Shown: positions 1 through 10,000, counted from the stretch's first letter. The stretch is DNA of 64,000 bases from an uncultured Gammaproteobacteria bacterium (GCA_964588955.1 CAZPQJ010000007.1:3128-67127), one strand, 5' to 3'. A program made the numbers and translations. The notes: generated from the sequence alone by a model not told the origin.

Positions 1-70
1 TGGTCGGCTTGTGTTTGGCAAGAACGCGCTTGGCAGACCAGGTGAGGAGGAGAATAAGGAGTGATTTCAT
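1..70 (-). CDS. murF: N-terminus of probable MurF-type Mur ligase (runs off the window)
   Basis: ATG at 70 gives MKSLLILLLTWSAKRVLAKHKPT, resembling the N-terminus of CPR Mur ligases; lies directly downstream of ftsI. Only 23 codons visible. Confidence 0.55.
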   Translation of the reverse strand, partial: MKSLLILLLTWSAKRVLAKHKPT

Positions 71-196
71 AAAAACAAATAGTGAAAAGCCTAAGGTCCA
101 AACAATGTCTAAAAACTAAATGCGAAAATGTTAAACCGATTTAGTCTTTATGTTTTTAGTTTTTGTTTCGTCTTTTCAAGATTACGTATTTAGTCT
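71..196. repeat. Degenerate A-rich/T-rich inverted intergenic element
   Basis: A-rich left half (ctaaaaactaaa) and T-rich right half (tttagtcttt...tttttagttttt) are loosely complementary. Confidence 0.35.
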
Positions 197-1951
197 TTAC
201 CGTTGCGGGGGTACTTCAAAGTACCTTAGCAAATACTCCGCAATCTGACCAAACAATGGCGCGGCAGTGGACTCAGCATACTGCACGTCGCGCGGGTGAT
301 CGATACGCACCACCATAGCGAACTTCGGGTCACCTACAGGGCCGTAGCCGGCAAAGGAACCGATTGTGGCATCACTGGAATAATGACCGTTGGCGCCAGC
401 CACCTGTGCGGTTCCCGTTTTGCCAGCAATGTAATACCCTGGCACACCCGCTTTCTTGCCGTGCCCATTCTCCACAACAGAAACCAACATGGCACTCACC
501 AAATTCGAAGTCTTTTCACTAATCACCTGCCGTATTTCTATAGGGGTCGTTTTCTCTACCCGCCCACTCGGATAATCTTTCTCCTCTACAATGTAGGGCT
601 GCATCAAGTGTCCGCCATTGCCAAGCGCCGCGTAAGCCGAGGCCATTTGTAGGGTGGTCGCCGTAATCCCTTGTCCAAAGGAAGCAGTGGCCGGATAGCA
701 ATCACTTTTTTGATCGAGCGAACTTATATCACCAGGCAGTTCCTTCGTTAACTCAATCCCCGTGTAGGAACCGAGCCCAAAGTTTTTCACGTAGTCGGCA
801 AATCGATCTTTACCCATGGTCTGCATCACAAAAATGACTCCTGTGTTGATGGACTCTTCCAGCACATTGGTCATGTTCTGCAATCCATACACGTGATCAT
901 CCGAGTTATGGATAGGAACATCACAGACCCCTTCCACGACACCCGTGTCTTCAAAAGTGGTCGACGGGGTCACCGCTCCAGCATCAATACCAGCAGCCAT
1001 GGTTAATCCTTTCATGATGGATCCCGGTTCGTAGGCATCAAAAATCGTCGGGTTGTTGAAGGTATTAATACTTTCCACGTTGCCATAATCATTAGGGTCA
1101 AAATCTGGCGATCCACACATAGCCAACACTTCTCCCGTGGTTGGATTCAAAATCACCACCGAACCGCCATCGGCACCATGTTTGAGCACCGCAGCGTTGA
1201 GCGCTTTGCAGGCGGTGTATTGAATGTTGCGATCGATGGTGAGCAACAAATCCGCGCCATCAACTGCTGGTTCATACGATCGATCACCAACCGGCACCAA
1301 GCGCCCGGCCGCTTGTTCCGATTGTAAAAACCCTGCCGTACCCGCCAACTCTTCATCCCAATAGCCTTCCGCTCCGTATTTGCCATTCACGCTTCCGTCA
1401 TCATTTGATCCAACAAAACCAAGAACCTGTCCGCCAAACCCTGTTTCCGGATAGGTGCGAAATGACTCGCGCACGTAGGCAATCCCGGCAAGTGCCCCGC
1501 TTTTTTTTGCCGCATCGATTTCCGCCAACTGCTCTTCTGGCACTTTGCGCTGAATAGGCTCGTAGGGATCTTCTTTCTTAGCCAGTTTATCTTGCAGCAG
1601 TAATTTGTCTTCATCGGTCATGCCCAAGATTCCGGCCAACGTCTCCGCCTCGGCATGTACATCTTTCACATTGCGTGGATCCGCATACACAAAACCCAGG
1701 TTGATGTTGGTGGCTACGGGGTAGCGTCCCCCATCTTTCAAATCACGGGCAAAAATTTCCCCGCGCTTGGGATACAAGTCTTCATAAAACGCATATTGCC
1801 CTTCGGCCAGAGCGGTGTAGTAGCCTCCATCGATCACCTGCAAGGTAAACAAACGCAACACAATAAATCCAGCACAGCCCAAAAAAAGAAACCGCAGCAC
1901 GGTTAAGCGCCCACTACCATCGGCTGAGGTTGTTTGGCGGCTTCCTCGCAT
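197..1951 (-). CDS. ftsI: Class B penicillin-binding protein (FtsI/PBP3-like transpeptidase)
   Basis: N-terminal TM helix, RGEIFARD dimerisation motif, SxxK (GSIMK), SxN (SIN) and KTG (GKTGTAQ) motifs. Confidence 0.9.
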   Translation of the reverse strand: MRGSRQTTSADGSGRLTVLRFLFLGCAGFIVLRLFTLQVIDGGYYTALAEGQYAFYEDLYPKRGEIFARDLKDGGRYPVATNINLGFVYADPRNVKDVHAEAETLAGILGMTDEDKLLLQDKLAKKEDPYEPIQRKVPEEQLAEIDAAKKSGALAGIAYVRESFRTYPETGFGGQVLGFVGSNDDGSVNGKYGAEGYWDEELAGTAGFLQSEQAAGRLVPVGDRSYEPAVDGADLLLTIDRNIQYTACKALNAAVLKHGADGGSVVILNPTTGEVLAMCGSPDFDPNDYGNVESINTFNNPTIFDAYEPGSIMKGLTMAAGIDAGAVTPSTTFEDTGVVEGVCDVPIHNSDDHVYGLQNMTNVLEESINTGVIFVMQTMGKDRFADYVKNFGLGSYTGIELTKELPGDISSLDQKSDCYPATASFGQGITATTLQMASAYAALGNGGHLMQPYIVEEKDYPSGRVEKTTPIEIRQVISEKTSNLVSAMLVSVVENGHGKKAGVPGYYIAGKTGTAQVAGANGHYSSDATIGSFAGYGPVGDPKFAMVVRIDHPRDVQYAESTAAPLFGQIAEYLLRYFEVPPQR

Positions 1952-1954
1952 AGG

Positions 1955-3133
1955 CTATTGGGGTAAACCAAAACTGAAGATGGATCCACTGCCGCGCGGA
2001 TTAGAAGAATGCTCAACTTCTTCGCCATCGTTGACTCCGTCGCCGTCGGTGTCCGGATTAGTGGGATCAGTGCCGTAGAAAAATTCAAACCCGTTGCCTA
2101 AGCCATCTTTGTCTGGATCCGTATCTTCTTCCGCCGCCGAAGCGGTATTGCCGGGCAAGGAACCAAAGGAAGAAGTCGCGCCGATCGGTGCGTGTGCCCG
2201 TGCCTCTTGCGAGGTCGGCAAAGCAGCAACGTTAAACCCAAGTTTGCCGAGCGCTTCCGTAATACTCGCGTTTGGATGCGGCGCCTCAATAGAAACCGGC
2301 TGATTGAAATCACTGACGTTGATTTCCAACGTTTGATCCGTCGTCGAGAACGTCAATCGATGGAGCAAAAACGACTTGCGTCCAATCCACAACGTACCCT
2401 GTCCGCTTCCCCAGGCGGCAATCTGGTCAGTCATCGCCTGAAACGTTTGCGGATCAATTGCCGTACCATGACGCATTTCCCAGAGCGTTGCCAAGAAAAC
2501 CGTCATCCCCTCTTTGTCGATGGTGAAGGTATACGGCAAGGCGGCATCGCCATCAATCACCTCAACGCCCCCTGTTTTCGAGGCGTCCACAAGATCAATC
2601 TTTCCCAGCAAGCGCGACAAATCATTCACGTCATCCTCGGTTACATCACGCAACCAATCGCCTCCGGAAAGAGCGGCAAACGAAAAAGTGTCGGGAATAA
2701 TAATCCATTGCTTTTCAAACGCGGACAAATCAACGTCGCCGTACACCGGAGCGTTAGCCAAATACAAATACCGTGTTCCCGCGATGTCGCGATACTCGCC
2801 ATACGGATTACCGTCTTCGACCGACGTGTTGATCGCAAACGTTTGCGCAAAGGATGGCTTGGTCTTGTCGGTCAAATCCACCTGCCCTTGTGAACCCACA
2901 TGTACAGAAAATTCCTCCGCGGGCGGAGGAAAAAAAGGCACACGGGAAACAGACGCGTCCGCCCATTCGGTTTTGATCGTCATGGTCTTTATTGTGGACA
3001 TGGTCTGCAGCATCCGTCGGACATCGCTATTCAAGCCGCGTCCAAAAAGGAACCAGCAAACAAGAACGGCGGCGCTCAAGAGCACCGCCGAGACCGCGAA
3101 CAGTCCAACCAATTTTGTCGGATTGATCTGCAT
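1955..3133 (-). CDS. Membrane-anchored hypothetical protein with C-terminal TSP3-like Ca-binding repeats
   Basis: N-terminal TM; C-terminal DKDGLGNGFE...GTDPTNPDTDGDGVNDGEE motif. Confidence 0.75.
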   Translation of the reverse strand: MQINPTKLVGLFAVSAVLLSAAVLVCWFLFGRGLNSDVRRMLQTMSTIKTMTIKTEWADASVSRVPFFPPPAEEFSVHVGSQGQVDLTDKTKPSFAQTFAINTSVEDGNPYGEYRDIAGTRYLYLANAPVYGDVDLSAFEKQWIIIPDTFSFAALSGGDWLRDVTEDDVNDLSRLLGKIDLVDASKTGGVEVIDGDAALPYTFTIDKEGMTVFLATLWEMRHGTAIDPQTFQAMTDQIAAWGSGQGTLWIGRKSFLLHRLTFSTTDQTLEINVSDFNQPVSIEAPHPNASITEALGKLGFNVAALPTSQEARAHAPIGATSSFGSLPGNTASAAEEDTDPDKDGLGNGFEFFYGTDPTNPDTDGDGVNDGEEVEHSSNPRGSGSIFSFGLPQ

Positions 3134-3138
3134 GAAGC

Positions 3139-3585
3139 TTAGGCGACTCTTACGTCATCTTCGCCCAGCATCTTACCATAAAACCACATCTCTTCGCCAA
3201 AGCCGGTCCAGACCAAACAGCGCAGTAATCCGCTGCCTTCCCCTTCGTACTGTTTGACCTCAAAGGCATCGCCTACTTCCTGTTCCACCTCGCCTTCGGC
3301 CAATTTGACCGATCCTTGATCTTCTTCCACCTCTTCGTAACTCTTGCTCAAATAGGTGGCGTAATCATCTTCCTCGGAAACTTCTTCTTCGCAGGGACGC
3401 AAGGAAATCAATTCGTCACCTTCCTGATCAATCACGAGCCATGCTCCGTCGGTTGACCACAGCCAGATCACGCGGTCGCCGGTCGCCAATTCTACTTTCT
3501 CAATTCCCGCAACCATGAACTCACGATCGTCTACGTATAAAAGCGCGTCCGTCGTTGCTTGTTCTAAAATCTCGTCAAAGGACAT
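3139..3585 (-). CDS. Acidic hypothetical protein (DUF4178-like)
   Basis: 148-aa ORF co-oriented and tightly packed with neighbours; family assignment tentative. Confidence 0.6.
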   Translation of the reverse strand: MSFDEILEQATTDALLYVDDREFMVAGIEKVELATGDRVIWLWSTDGAWLVIDQEGDELISLRPCEEEVSEEDDYATYLSKSYEEVEEDQGSVKLAEGEVEQEVGDAFEVKQYEGEGSGLLRCLVWTGFGEEMWFYGKMLGEDDVRVA

Positions 3586-3701
3586 AAGGCATCGGTCAGC
3601 AAATAAATTATCTACATGTGCGATGATATCGTGAAAAAAAAATGTGTCAAGTACATCGCCGCAAAAAACAAAAACCGACTACGTTTTCGTAATCAGTTTC
3701 C

Positions 3702-3777
3702 TGGTCGGGCCGGCGGGACTTGAACCCACGGCCTCTACGTCCCGAACGTAGCGCTCTACCTACTGAGCTACGGCCCG
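3702..3777 (-). tRNA. tRNA-Pro (CGG)
   Basis: Reverse complement CGGGCCGTAGCTCAGTAGGTAGAGC...TTCGGGA...GGTTCAAGTCC...CCCGACCA folds as a cloverleaf; anticodon CGG; encoded CCA. Confidence 0.95.
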
Positions 3778-3864
3778 ACATTGCAGCGCCTTCGTCGACG
3801 ATGCCCCAAGAAGATACCCAATCCCTTGAAAAAGATCAAGGTTTGGATTAGACTCATGGGCACA

Positions 3865-3988
3865 AGAATCGTTCGAAAATGGATGAGATTTCGTTGAACG
3901 GGATGCCAGACTCCGAAACGTATGAATAATACGTTGAGGGGTTGGCAGGGACCTGTGAAACGAAAGCTCGCCAGTTTTGAACGATTCT
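3865..3988. repeat. Family-B long palindromic element, copy 1
   Basis: Outer stem agaatcgttc/gaacgattct; apical CGTAT-gaata-ATACG. Confidence 0.75.
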
Positions 3989-3992
3989 CTAA

Positions 3993-4067
3993 CGGGCTAT
4001 GGCGCAGTGGTAGCGCGCTTGCATGGGGTGCAAGAGGTCGAGGGTTCAAGTCCCTCTAGCCCGACCA
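3993..4067 (+). tRNA. tRNA-Pro (GGG)
   Basis: CGGGCTATGGCGCAGTGGTAGCGCG CTTGC-ATGGGGT-GCAAG...GGTTCAAGTCC...CCCGACCA; followed by a hairpin and T-tract terminator. Confidence 0.95.
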
Positions 4068-4188
4068 AAAATTCTTACTTCGGTAGGAATTTTTTTGTTG
4101 GGCTGGAGTAGACCAAACTAGACAAATTCTCTTCAATAGACTAAACCATACCCGTCTCAGAGCATCTCGCGCGAGACAGGAGACCTTC

Positions 4189-4644
4189 ATGCACGAAGAA
4201 ACGACGAAGCGCACGCAGAATCTGACAGCACTGGTGATTGCGCTTGTCAACAAAGGCGTGCTGATCGGTGAACGGGTGGCGATCAACGAAGGTGGTATCG
4301 TCTACTACGAATGGCCGATCGGGAGAAACAGGACGATCGTCATGAGCGTCCGTGACGACGGGCACTGGATCAGCGGCGGCTGGCCGGATCAGACCACGCT
4401 CGCGATCCACTTCCGAGATCCCACCTGGAGTCTCACCTTCTACGCATCGAGGGACGACACGCGCTTCACCTCCAGCAACGCGCCTCCCCTGCCGCGAGGA
4501 CTTAACAAACGAACGGCACCGCAAAACGGCTGGTATCGCTTCTGGAAAGACAAGCTCAACATCCCGACGGTCACGCTCACGCTCGAAGAGCTGGTGGCGA
4601 CCATCGCCTGGTACCTCAACTGGGCCACTCTCCGAGAACCCTAG
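4189..4644 (+). CDS. GC-rich orphan hypothetical protein
   Basis: AGGAG SD 6 nt before ATG, G/C-ending codons, hairpin plus T-tract at ~4659-4712. Confidence 0.65.
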   Translation: MHEETTKRTQNLTALVIALVNKGVLIGERVAINEGGIVYYEWPIGRNRTIVMSVRDDGHWISGGWPDQTTLAIHFRDPTWSLTFYASRDDTRFTSSNAPPLPRGLNKRTAPQNGWYRFWKDKLNIPTVTLTLEELVATIAWYLNWATLREP

Positions 4645-4738
4645 CCTCACCCTCATCCCGCACCGCCTCGCGGTCGAAGCGCCCCCTCGCGCTCCTGCGG
4701 GCGGTGCGTTTTCGATTTTGAGGTATAATCAACCCACT

Positions 4739-5533
4739 ATGTTTCAAAAGCCTATACGACGCTTCCGACCACGAGGACAAGCAGTGGCTCATAAGGCTAC
4801 GTCTTGGGGACCAGTAGCGGAATGGTACGACAAACTACTAGAACAAAAAGGCACCTTTCAAAAAGAGGTCATTTTGCCAAACCTCCTGCGGATGATGCAG
4901 ATCAAACGTGGGATGAAGATTATTGATATTGCCTGCGGTACCGGATTTTTTAGCCGCACGTTTTTTCAACAAGGTGCCGAGGTAGTCGGAGTGGATATTT
5001 CTAAAGAATTAGTCGACATCGCCCGACACGATTCCCCGCCAGGGATCGACTACAAAGTAACGCCGGCGGAGAAGCTTGGCATTTTTGCGGATGCGTCATT
5101 TGACGCGGCGGTGATTATTCTCGCCATTCAAAATATTCAGCGCTATCAAAAAGCGTTGGCGGAAGCTGGGCGGGTGTTGAAACCGGGAGGAAAACTGTTC
5201 ATCGTCATGAACCACCCAACCTTTCGCATTCCCCGCGCCAGCGGATGGAAATTCATTGGCGAAGCGCAAGTGCGATTGGTGGAACGCTACCTAGGCGAAT
5301 TTGAAGTGGCTATGCGCACCCACGGCGAGGAGCACACCAGTGTGGAAACGGTCAGTTTTCATCGCCCGCTGCAAAGCTATGCCAAAGCCCTTAAGGCGGC
5401 AGGGCTTGCCATTACAGACATGGAAGAATGGATCTCTCATAAAGTCAGCGATTCTGGTCCACGTGCCGAAGCGGAAAATCGCGCTCGCCAAGAAATTCCC
5501 TTGTTCATGGCAATCGAAGCCACCAAGTTATGA
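4739..5533 (+). CDS. Class I SAM-dependent methyltransferase
   Basis: IIDIACGTG motif I and LKPGG motif; start placed at MFQKP, 9 nt after a TATAAT box. Confidence 0.85.
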   Translation: MFQKPIRRFRPRGQAVAHKATSWGPVAEWYDKLLEQKGTFQKEVILPNLLRMMQIKRGMKIIDIACGTGFFSRTFFQQGAEVVGVDISKELVDIARHDSPPGIDYKVTPAEKLGIFADASFDAAVIILAIQNIQRYQKALAEAGRVLKPGGKLFIVMNHPTFRIPRASGWKFIGEAQVRLVERYLGEFEVAMRTHGEEHTSVETVSFHRPLQSYAKALKAAGLAITDMEEWISHKVSDSGPRAEAENRARQEIPLFMAIEATKL

Positions 5534-6192
5534 AAAAAATCCATCGCTTTCTGCTGCCATCTGATCTCGCCCATCAACTGCGAGATGTATTGAAAATGGA
5601 GATTGAGGAAGAGGTTGATTTGATTGACGGCGCAGGCGTGGAAGGTCGGGCGAAGATTGTTGCGCTGCAACCAAACGTCGAGGTGGAACTCACAAATATT
5701 CAACACAGTCAGGCGGAGCCGACGATTAAAGTCACTCTCTACGCCGCAATTTTGAAACGAGAAAACTTCGAAATGATTGTGCAAAAAGCCACCGAGGTTG
5801 GCGTGAGTGAAATTGTTCCCATCATCACGGCACGGACAATCAAAACGGGATTAAAACTTGATCGTCTGCAAAAGATTGCTGCTGAAGCGGCAGAGCAAGC
5901 CGGGCGAGCGGTGGTGCCGATCGTTCATGACGCGATTTCGTTCAAACAATCCCTTGTCGATTGCGCACGCAATGATGTGAATGTTATATCGGATCCCTCA
6001 GGCGAGGCACAGTGGCCCCGCCTATACGGATCCGTGGGGTTGTTCGTGGGACCCGAAGGTGGATGGACGCCGGAAGAACTACATGAAGCGCAGGCAGCCA
6101 AATGCCAACCTCAAACGCTGGGCAACCAAATTTTACGCGGAGAAACCGCGGCGGTCATCGCCACTTACCTTGCTGTGCACAAAAGACTATAG
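5530..6192 (+). CDS. rsmE: 16S rRNA m3U1498 methyltransferase RsmE
   Basis: QKATEVGV, EAAEQ, VGPEGG and ILRGETA motifs. Confidence 0.9.
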   Translation: MKKIHRFLLPSDLAHQLRDVLKMEIEEEVDLIDGAGVEGRAKIVALQPNVEVELTNIQHSQAEPTIKVTLYAAILKRENFEMIVQKATEVGVSEIVPIITARTIKTGLKLDRLQKIAAEAAEQAGRAVVPIVHDAISFKQSLVDCARNDVNVISDPSGEAQWPRLYGSVGLFVGPEGGWTPEELHEAQAAKCQPQTLGNQILRGETAAVIATYLAVHKRL

Positions 6193-6220
6193 TAGAGGGA
6201 GGGAGTGATCATCCCTTCCT

Positions 6221-7426
6221 GTGAAAAAAGCGTTTTTTCTTATTGCGATCGTGATCGTGGCCGTCGGGCTGGGATATGCCGGATATCGCTTATATCAGAG
6301 CGCCGGTGGTATTGGACCTGTTTTGTTGCCCGTTTCAGAAAACGCCGCCGAAGAAGTCATCGCCAACGCCTCGCCGTTTCAGATTCCCAGCGGCTTTTCG
6401 TTATCCGTATTTTCCAAAGATGTTCCCGGAGCGCGGGTAATGACGTATGACCCCGCAGGAACATTGCTTGTCAGTTTGACCTCAAAAAATAAAGTCGTTG
6501 CTTTGCCTGATAGTGATGGCAACGGCGCCGATGAAGTGATCACTGTCCTCGATGGACTAAGCCATCCGCACGGCATGATGTTTTATCAAGACAAACTGTA
6601 CGTCGCTGAAGAGCAACGGGTGGTCGGATACGACTACGACGCGACCGCGCATACAGCATCCAATCCGAAAAAACTGCTCGATCTTCCAAGCGGCGGCCGT
6701 CACACGACACGCACCTTGATGATGCTACCCTATCCACAAGAGACAACCGTGCTCATTTCCGTGGGTTCAAGCTGCGATGTGTGCAACGAGGCGGATCCAA
6801 ACACGCGCGCGGCGATTCTGGCCTACGACTTTACCACAGGCCAAATCAGCACCTACGCCACAGGGTTACGTAACGCCGTGTTTCTTGCCACACAACCGGT
6901 GGACGGGAGCACCTGGGCCACAGAGATGGGGCGCGATCACTTGGGCAACGACTTGCCGCCCGATGAAATTAATATCGTCAGCCCTGGCAAGGACTTTGGT
7001 TGGCCTATTTGCTACGGACAAAATATTCACGACACTACCTTCGACAAAAACCAATACATCCGCGACCCGTGCGCAGACAAGCAACCGTCGCACATCGACT
7101 TACCCGCACACGTGGCACCCCTTGGCCTCGCCTTTATTCCCGAGGAGGGTTGGCCGGAAGATTGGTGGTATGATTTGTTGGTGGCCGAACATGGCTCCTG
7201 GAATAGCACCACGCCCGTGGGATACAAAATCGCTCGTCTCAAATTGGACGCACAAGGAAATTATTCTGGAACGGAAGATTTTATGACGGGCTTTTTGCAA
7301 GGCGCCTTAGCCGCTGGTCGGCCAGTGGATATTTTGGTACAACCCGGGGGAACGGTCTATGTGTCCGACGACAAAGCCGGAGTGATTTATCGCTTAAATC
7401 GCCTTGTGGATCCCGCAGGGCTTTAA
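6221..7426 (+). CDS. Glucose/sorbosone dehydrogenase family beta-propeller protein
   Basis: Signal anchor; GSSCDVC, GLRNA, GRD..G..PPDEIN, FGWP, HGSWN and GRPVD motifs. Confidence 0.85.
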   Translation: MKKAFFLIAIVIVAVGLGYAGYRLYQSAGGIGPVLLPVSENAAEEVIANASPFQIPSGFSLSVFSKDVPGARVMTYDPAGTLLVSLTSKNKVVALPDSDGNGADEVITVLDGLSHPHGMMFYQDKLYVAEEQRVVGYDYDATAHTASNPKKLLDLPSGGRHTTRTLMMLPYPQETTVLISVGSSCDVCNEADPNTRAAILAYDFTTGQISTYATGLRNAVFLATQPVDGSTWATEMGRDHLGNDLPPDEINIVSPGKDFGWPICYGQNIHDTTFDKNQYIRDPCADKQPSHIDLPAHVAPLGLAFIPEEGWPEDWWYDLLVAEHGSWNSTTPVGYKIARLKLDAQGNYSGTEDFMTGFLQGALAAGRPVDILVQPGGTVYVSDDKAGVIYRLNRLVDPAGL

Positions 7427-7435
7427 TCCATAGCT

Positions 7436-7966
7436 ATGAAAAAACTTCTTTACGTTTTCTGTACCGTTGGACTGATCACCATCGCCGTCGTGCTGACCCT
7501 CACCTTCACTTCTCGTCCGACAACAACCACGAACGCGACAAACACCTCGACGAACACTAACGCCGTCGTGAATACTCCGACAGGGCGTCCGAATGGTGGC
7601 TTAGCGGTGCGACCCAATAAAGACGACTTGATTATCGTGAATAATTTAACAGCCAACGCGGTGGTAGAAAGCCCGCTTACGATTGAAGGTGAAGCGCGCG
7701 GCAGCTGGTACTTTGAAGCCGTCTTCCCTGTCGCTCTTTATGATGCCGATGGTAATGTGATCGCCAGTGGTCAGGCACAAGCACAAAGTGACTGGATGAC
7801 GAGCGACTATGTACCGTTTACGGTTACACTCACCTTTAGCAAACCTACCACCGAGACGGGTGTGTTGAAACTGATGAAAGACAATCCTTCCGGTGATCCC
7901 GCGCGCGATAACGCACTCGATATTCCCGTACGCTTTGTAGCGAGCGGTGAAGTCATCAATCAATAA
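7436..7966 (+). CDS. Gmad2 immunoglobulin-like domain protein
   Basis: TM anchor, T/N-rich linker, SPLTIEGEARGSWYFEAVFPV...DNPSG motif. Confidence 0.8.
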   Translation: MKKLLYVFCTVGLITIAVVLTLTFTSRPTTTTNATNTSTNTNAVVNTPTGRPNGGLAVRPNKDDLIIVNNLTANAVVESPLTIEGEARGSWYFEAVFPVALYDADGNVIASGQAQAQSDWMTSDYVPFTVTLTFSKPTTETGVLKLMKDNPSGDPARDNALDIPVRFVASGEVINQ

Positions 7967-7967
7967 T

Positions 7968-8291
7968 ATGGATTTAACGCAAAAGAAATGCGTGGCTTGC
8001 GAAGGCGGCACGCCACCACTCACGGCCGATCAAGTCGCGACGTACTTAGCGGAACTGAAAACGCCATGGGAAGTGATCGACAATAAAAAAATTCGCCATC
8101 TCTACACCTTCATCGATTTCAAGGAAGCGATGGCCTTCGTGAACAAGGTGGCCGACGTTGCCGAAGCGGAGCAGCATCATCCGGATATTACGGTCAGCTG
8201 GAATAAGGTAACGATCGAACTCACCACTCATTCCATTGGAGGCTTATCGGAAAACGATTTCATTGTGGCCAGCAAGATCGAGACGATCTAA
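7968..8291 (+). CDS. phhB: Pterin-4-alpha-carbinolamine dehydratase
   Basis: AEAEQHHPDI and THSIGGLSENDF motifs; start MDLTQKKCVAC. Confidence 0.9.
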   Translation: MDLTQKKCVACEGGTPPLTADQVATYLAELKTPWEVIDNKKIRHLYTFIDFKEAMAFVNKVADVAEAEQHHPDITVSWNKVTIELTTHSIGGLSENDFIVASKIETI

Positions 8292-8863
8292 AAATCAATT
8301 CCTTCGCGTGCTTTGACGCCGGAATAAAAATAATGTTTGACTAACTTCACTTCCGAAACCAGATGCGCTTTTTTCTTAAAAGATTCTGGTGCATTGCGGC
8401 CGGTTAAAATCATTTCCAATCGATCGGGTTTGCGCTCTAACAAATCCAGTACCTCCTGCTCATCCAAAAATCCGAGTGCGGTACTTGAATTCACTTCATC
8501 CAGCACGAGCAGATCATAATGGTCAGACGTGATCAGCTCAAGCGCCTTAGCCAAACCGGCGCGACCGAGAGCGCGGTCTTCTTCGGTAATCGAAAAATCA
8601 AATCGACCGCTGACAGGATCAATGCGATCGCGTCCGAAGGCGTGCCATTCCACTCCAAGCCGATCGAACACACGGCGCTCCATGTAATGCTCCCCGCCTT
8701 TATCAAAATAGAGAAACGCCGCTTTCTTTCCCGCTCCCAGCGTACGAATCACCGACCCAATCGCCGAGGTTGTTTTCCCCTTGCCGTCGCCAGTAACGAC
8801 TTGAATCAAGCCGTAGCCTTGGCGGCCTTTAATGCGCTCATCAAGAATCGGCTGATCGCTCAT
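8288..8863 (-). CDS. btuR: Cob(I)alamin adenosyltransferase (CobA/CobO/BtuR family)
   Basis: TGDGKGKTTSA P-loop, LVLDEVN, ILTGR and KH...G..AREGIDF motifs. Confidence 0.88.
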   Translation of the reverse strand: MSDQPILDERIKGRQGYGLIQVVTGDGKGKTTSAIGSVIRTLGAGKKAAFLYFDKGGEHYMERRVFDRLGVEWHAFGRDRIDPVSGRFDFSITEEDRALGRAGLAKALELITSDHYDLLVLDEVNSSTALGFLDEQEVLDLLERKPDRLEMILTGRNAPESFKKKAHLVSEVKLVKHYFYSGVKAREGIDF

Positions 8864-9996
8864 AGCAAACTGACGGTGCCAGCGTCGGCATCTACAAACA
8901 CCCGATCACCATTTTTCAACACCTGGGTGGCGTTTTTAGCAGCCACGATGCAGGGTTTTTTCAGTTCGCGGCAAACAATCGCCGCGTGTGACAAAATACC
9001 ACCAAAGTCGGTTACGACCGCAGCGCTTTGCATCATGAGCGGCAAATAATCTGGCGAAGTGAACTCACAGACTAAAATGTCATCGGAAGAAAGTTGTGTC
9101 GTCGCTATCTCTTCTGGACGCACCACCCGCACCGTCCCCTCTGCCGATCCGCTTGATCCCGTCCGCCCACGCGCTACGACCTCTCCTCCCCTTACCAAGG
9201 GGAGGCTGGGAGGGGTCTGCGAGATGGTCTGCGTCTGCGACGCCGGCGGCTGAAACTCTTTCCACAACTGCCGATTGTAATCAATAAACCACGTACCAAA
9301 ATCCGGCGTACACACGCCTTCAAAATATCCACACAAAACATTATCCACGAACTCGCCTTGCAGTTCATCGGCAATACGCTGACGGAGTGTGGAATCTTCA
9401 ACGCGAATCATCGAGACCAACTCTTCGACGTGTTCCTTAGCGCCCGGCTGCGGCGGAATCACTTTCCATTCCCCGTTAGCCACCCAAAACGTCATCGGCT
9501 CCCCTTCGTCGTGTATCCCTTGGGTGAGTTGATGGTGTGCACCGGCGACGATCTCTCCAAACACGCCTTGCGTAGATACAATAAAAATCGTCGACCACGT
9601 ATGCGCTTCAGGGTGCGGCATGAAATCAGCACGATACCCCGCGTGATCAATCGGTTGTTCGGCAAACCAAGTCATGGCTTCATCGACACTAGATCCTCGC
9701 GTGCGATATTTTGGTTGACTCACGTCATAGGGCACCAAACGCAAAGCACATTTTTCTTGCCCATGTTCAGCAAGCCAAGCAGCGACCGCTTCACTCATCT
9801 GCGCCACTTCCGTTGCGGGAAAGGATTGCGGCTGATCTGACGGCAAACCGATCAGGTCGCCGAGCACTTTCAAGCGCGCACGCTTCTCGTTGTCTTCGGC
9901 GCGAAAGGCGGCGGCGGTTGGCGAGCCAATCTTCTCCAACCATTCGGTAAGAGAAATCTGCGTCTTCAGCAACTCTGCCAAGTTTACTTTCTCCAT
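8860..9996 (-). CDS. PEP-utilising enzyme mobile (swivel) domain protein with unknown N-terminal domain
   Basis: C-terminal VVTDFGGILSHAAIVCRELKKPCIV...VDADAG phospho-His motif. Confidence 0.8.
   Translation of the reverse strand: MEKVNLAELLKTQISLTEWLEKIGSPTAAAFRAEDNEKRARLKVLGDLIGLPSDQPQSFPATEVAQMSEAVAAWLAEHGQEKCALRLVPYDVSQPKYRTRGSSVDEAMTWFAEQPIDHAGYRADFMPHPEAHTWSTIFIVSTQGVFGEIVAGAHHQLTQGIHDEGEPMTFWVANGEWKVIPPQPGAKEHVEELVSMIRVEDSTLRQRIADELQGEFVDNVLCGYFEGVCTPDFGTWFIDYNRQLWKEFQPPASQTQTISQTPPSLPLVRGGEVVARGRTGSSGSAEGTVRVVRPEEIATTQLSSDDILVCEFTSPDYLPLMMQSAAVVTDFGGILSHAAIVCRELKKPCIVAAKNATQVLKNGDRVFVDADAGTVSLL
9181..9216. repeat. REP-like palindrome embedded in-frame in a CDS
   Basis: ctctcctcccctt-acc-aaggggaggctgggagggg, nearly identical to the intergenic copy at 22445-22480. 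Confidence 0.75.
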
Positions 9997-10000
9997 ACGA

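Noticed and set aside
4352-4738. N-terminal extensions in the ORF track (also for the ORFs ending at 15718, 35731, 47129, 47686 and 49354)
   Set aside because: The extensions run through hairpin repeats, promoters or neighbouring genes; downstream ATGs fit domain boundaries and -10 spacing better.
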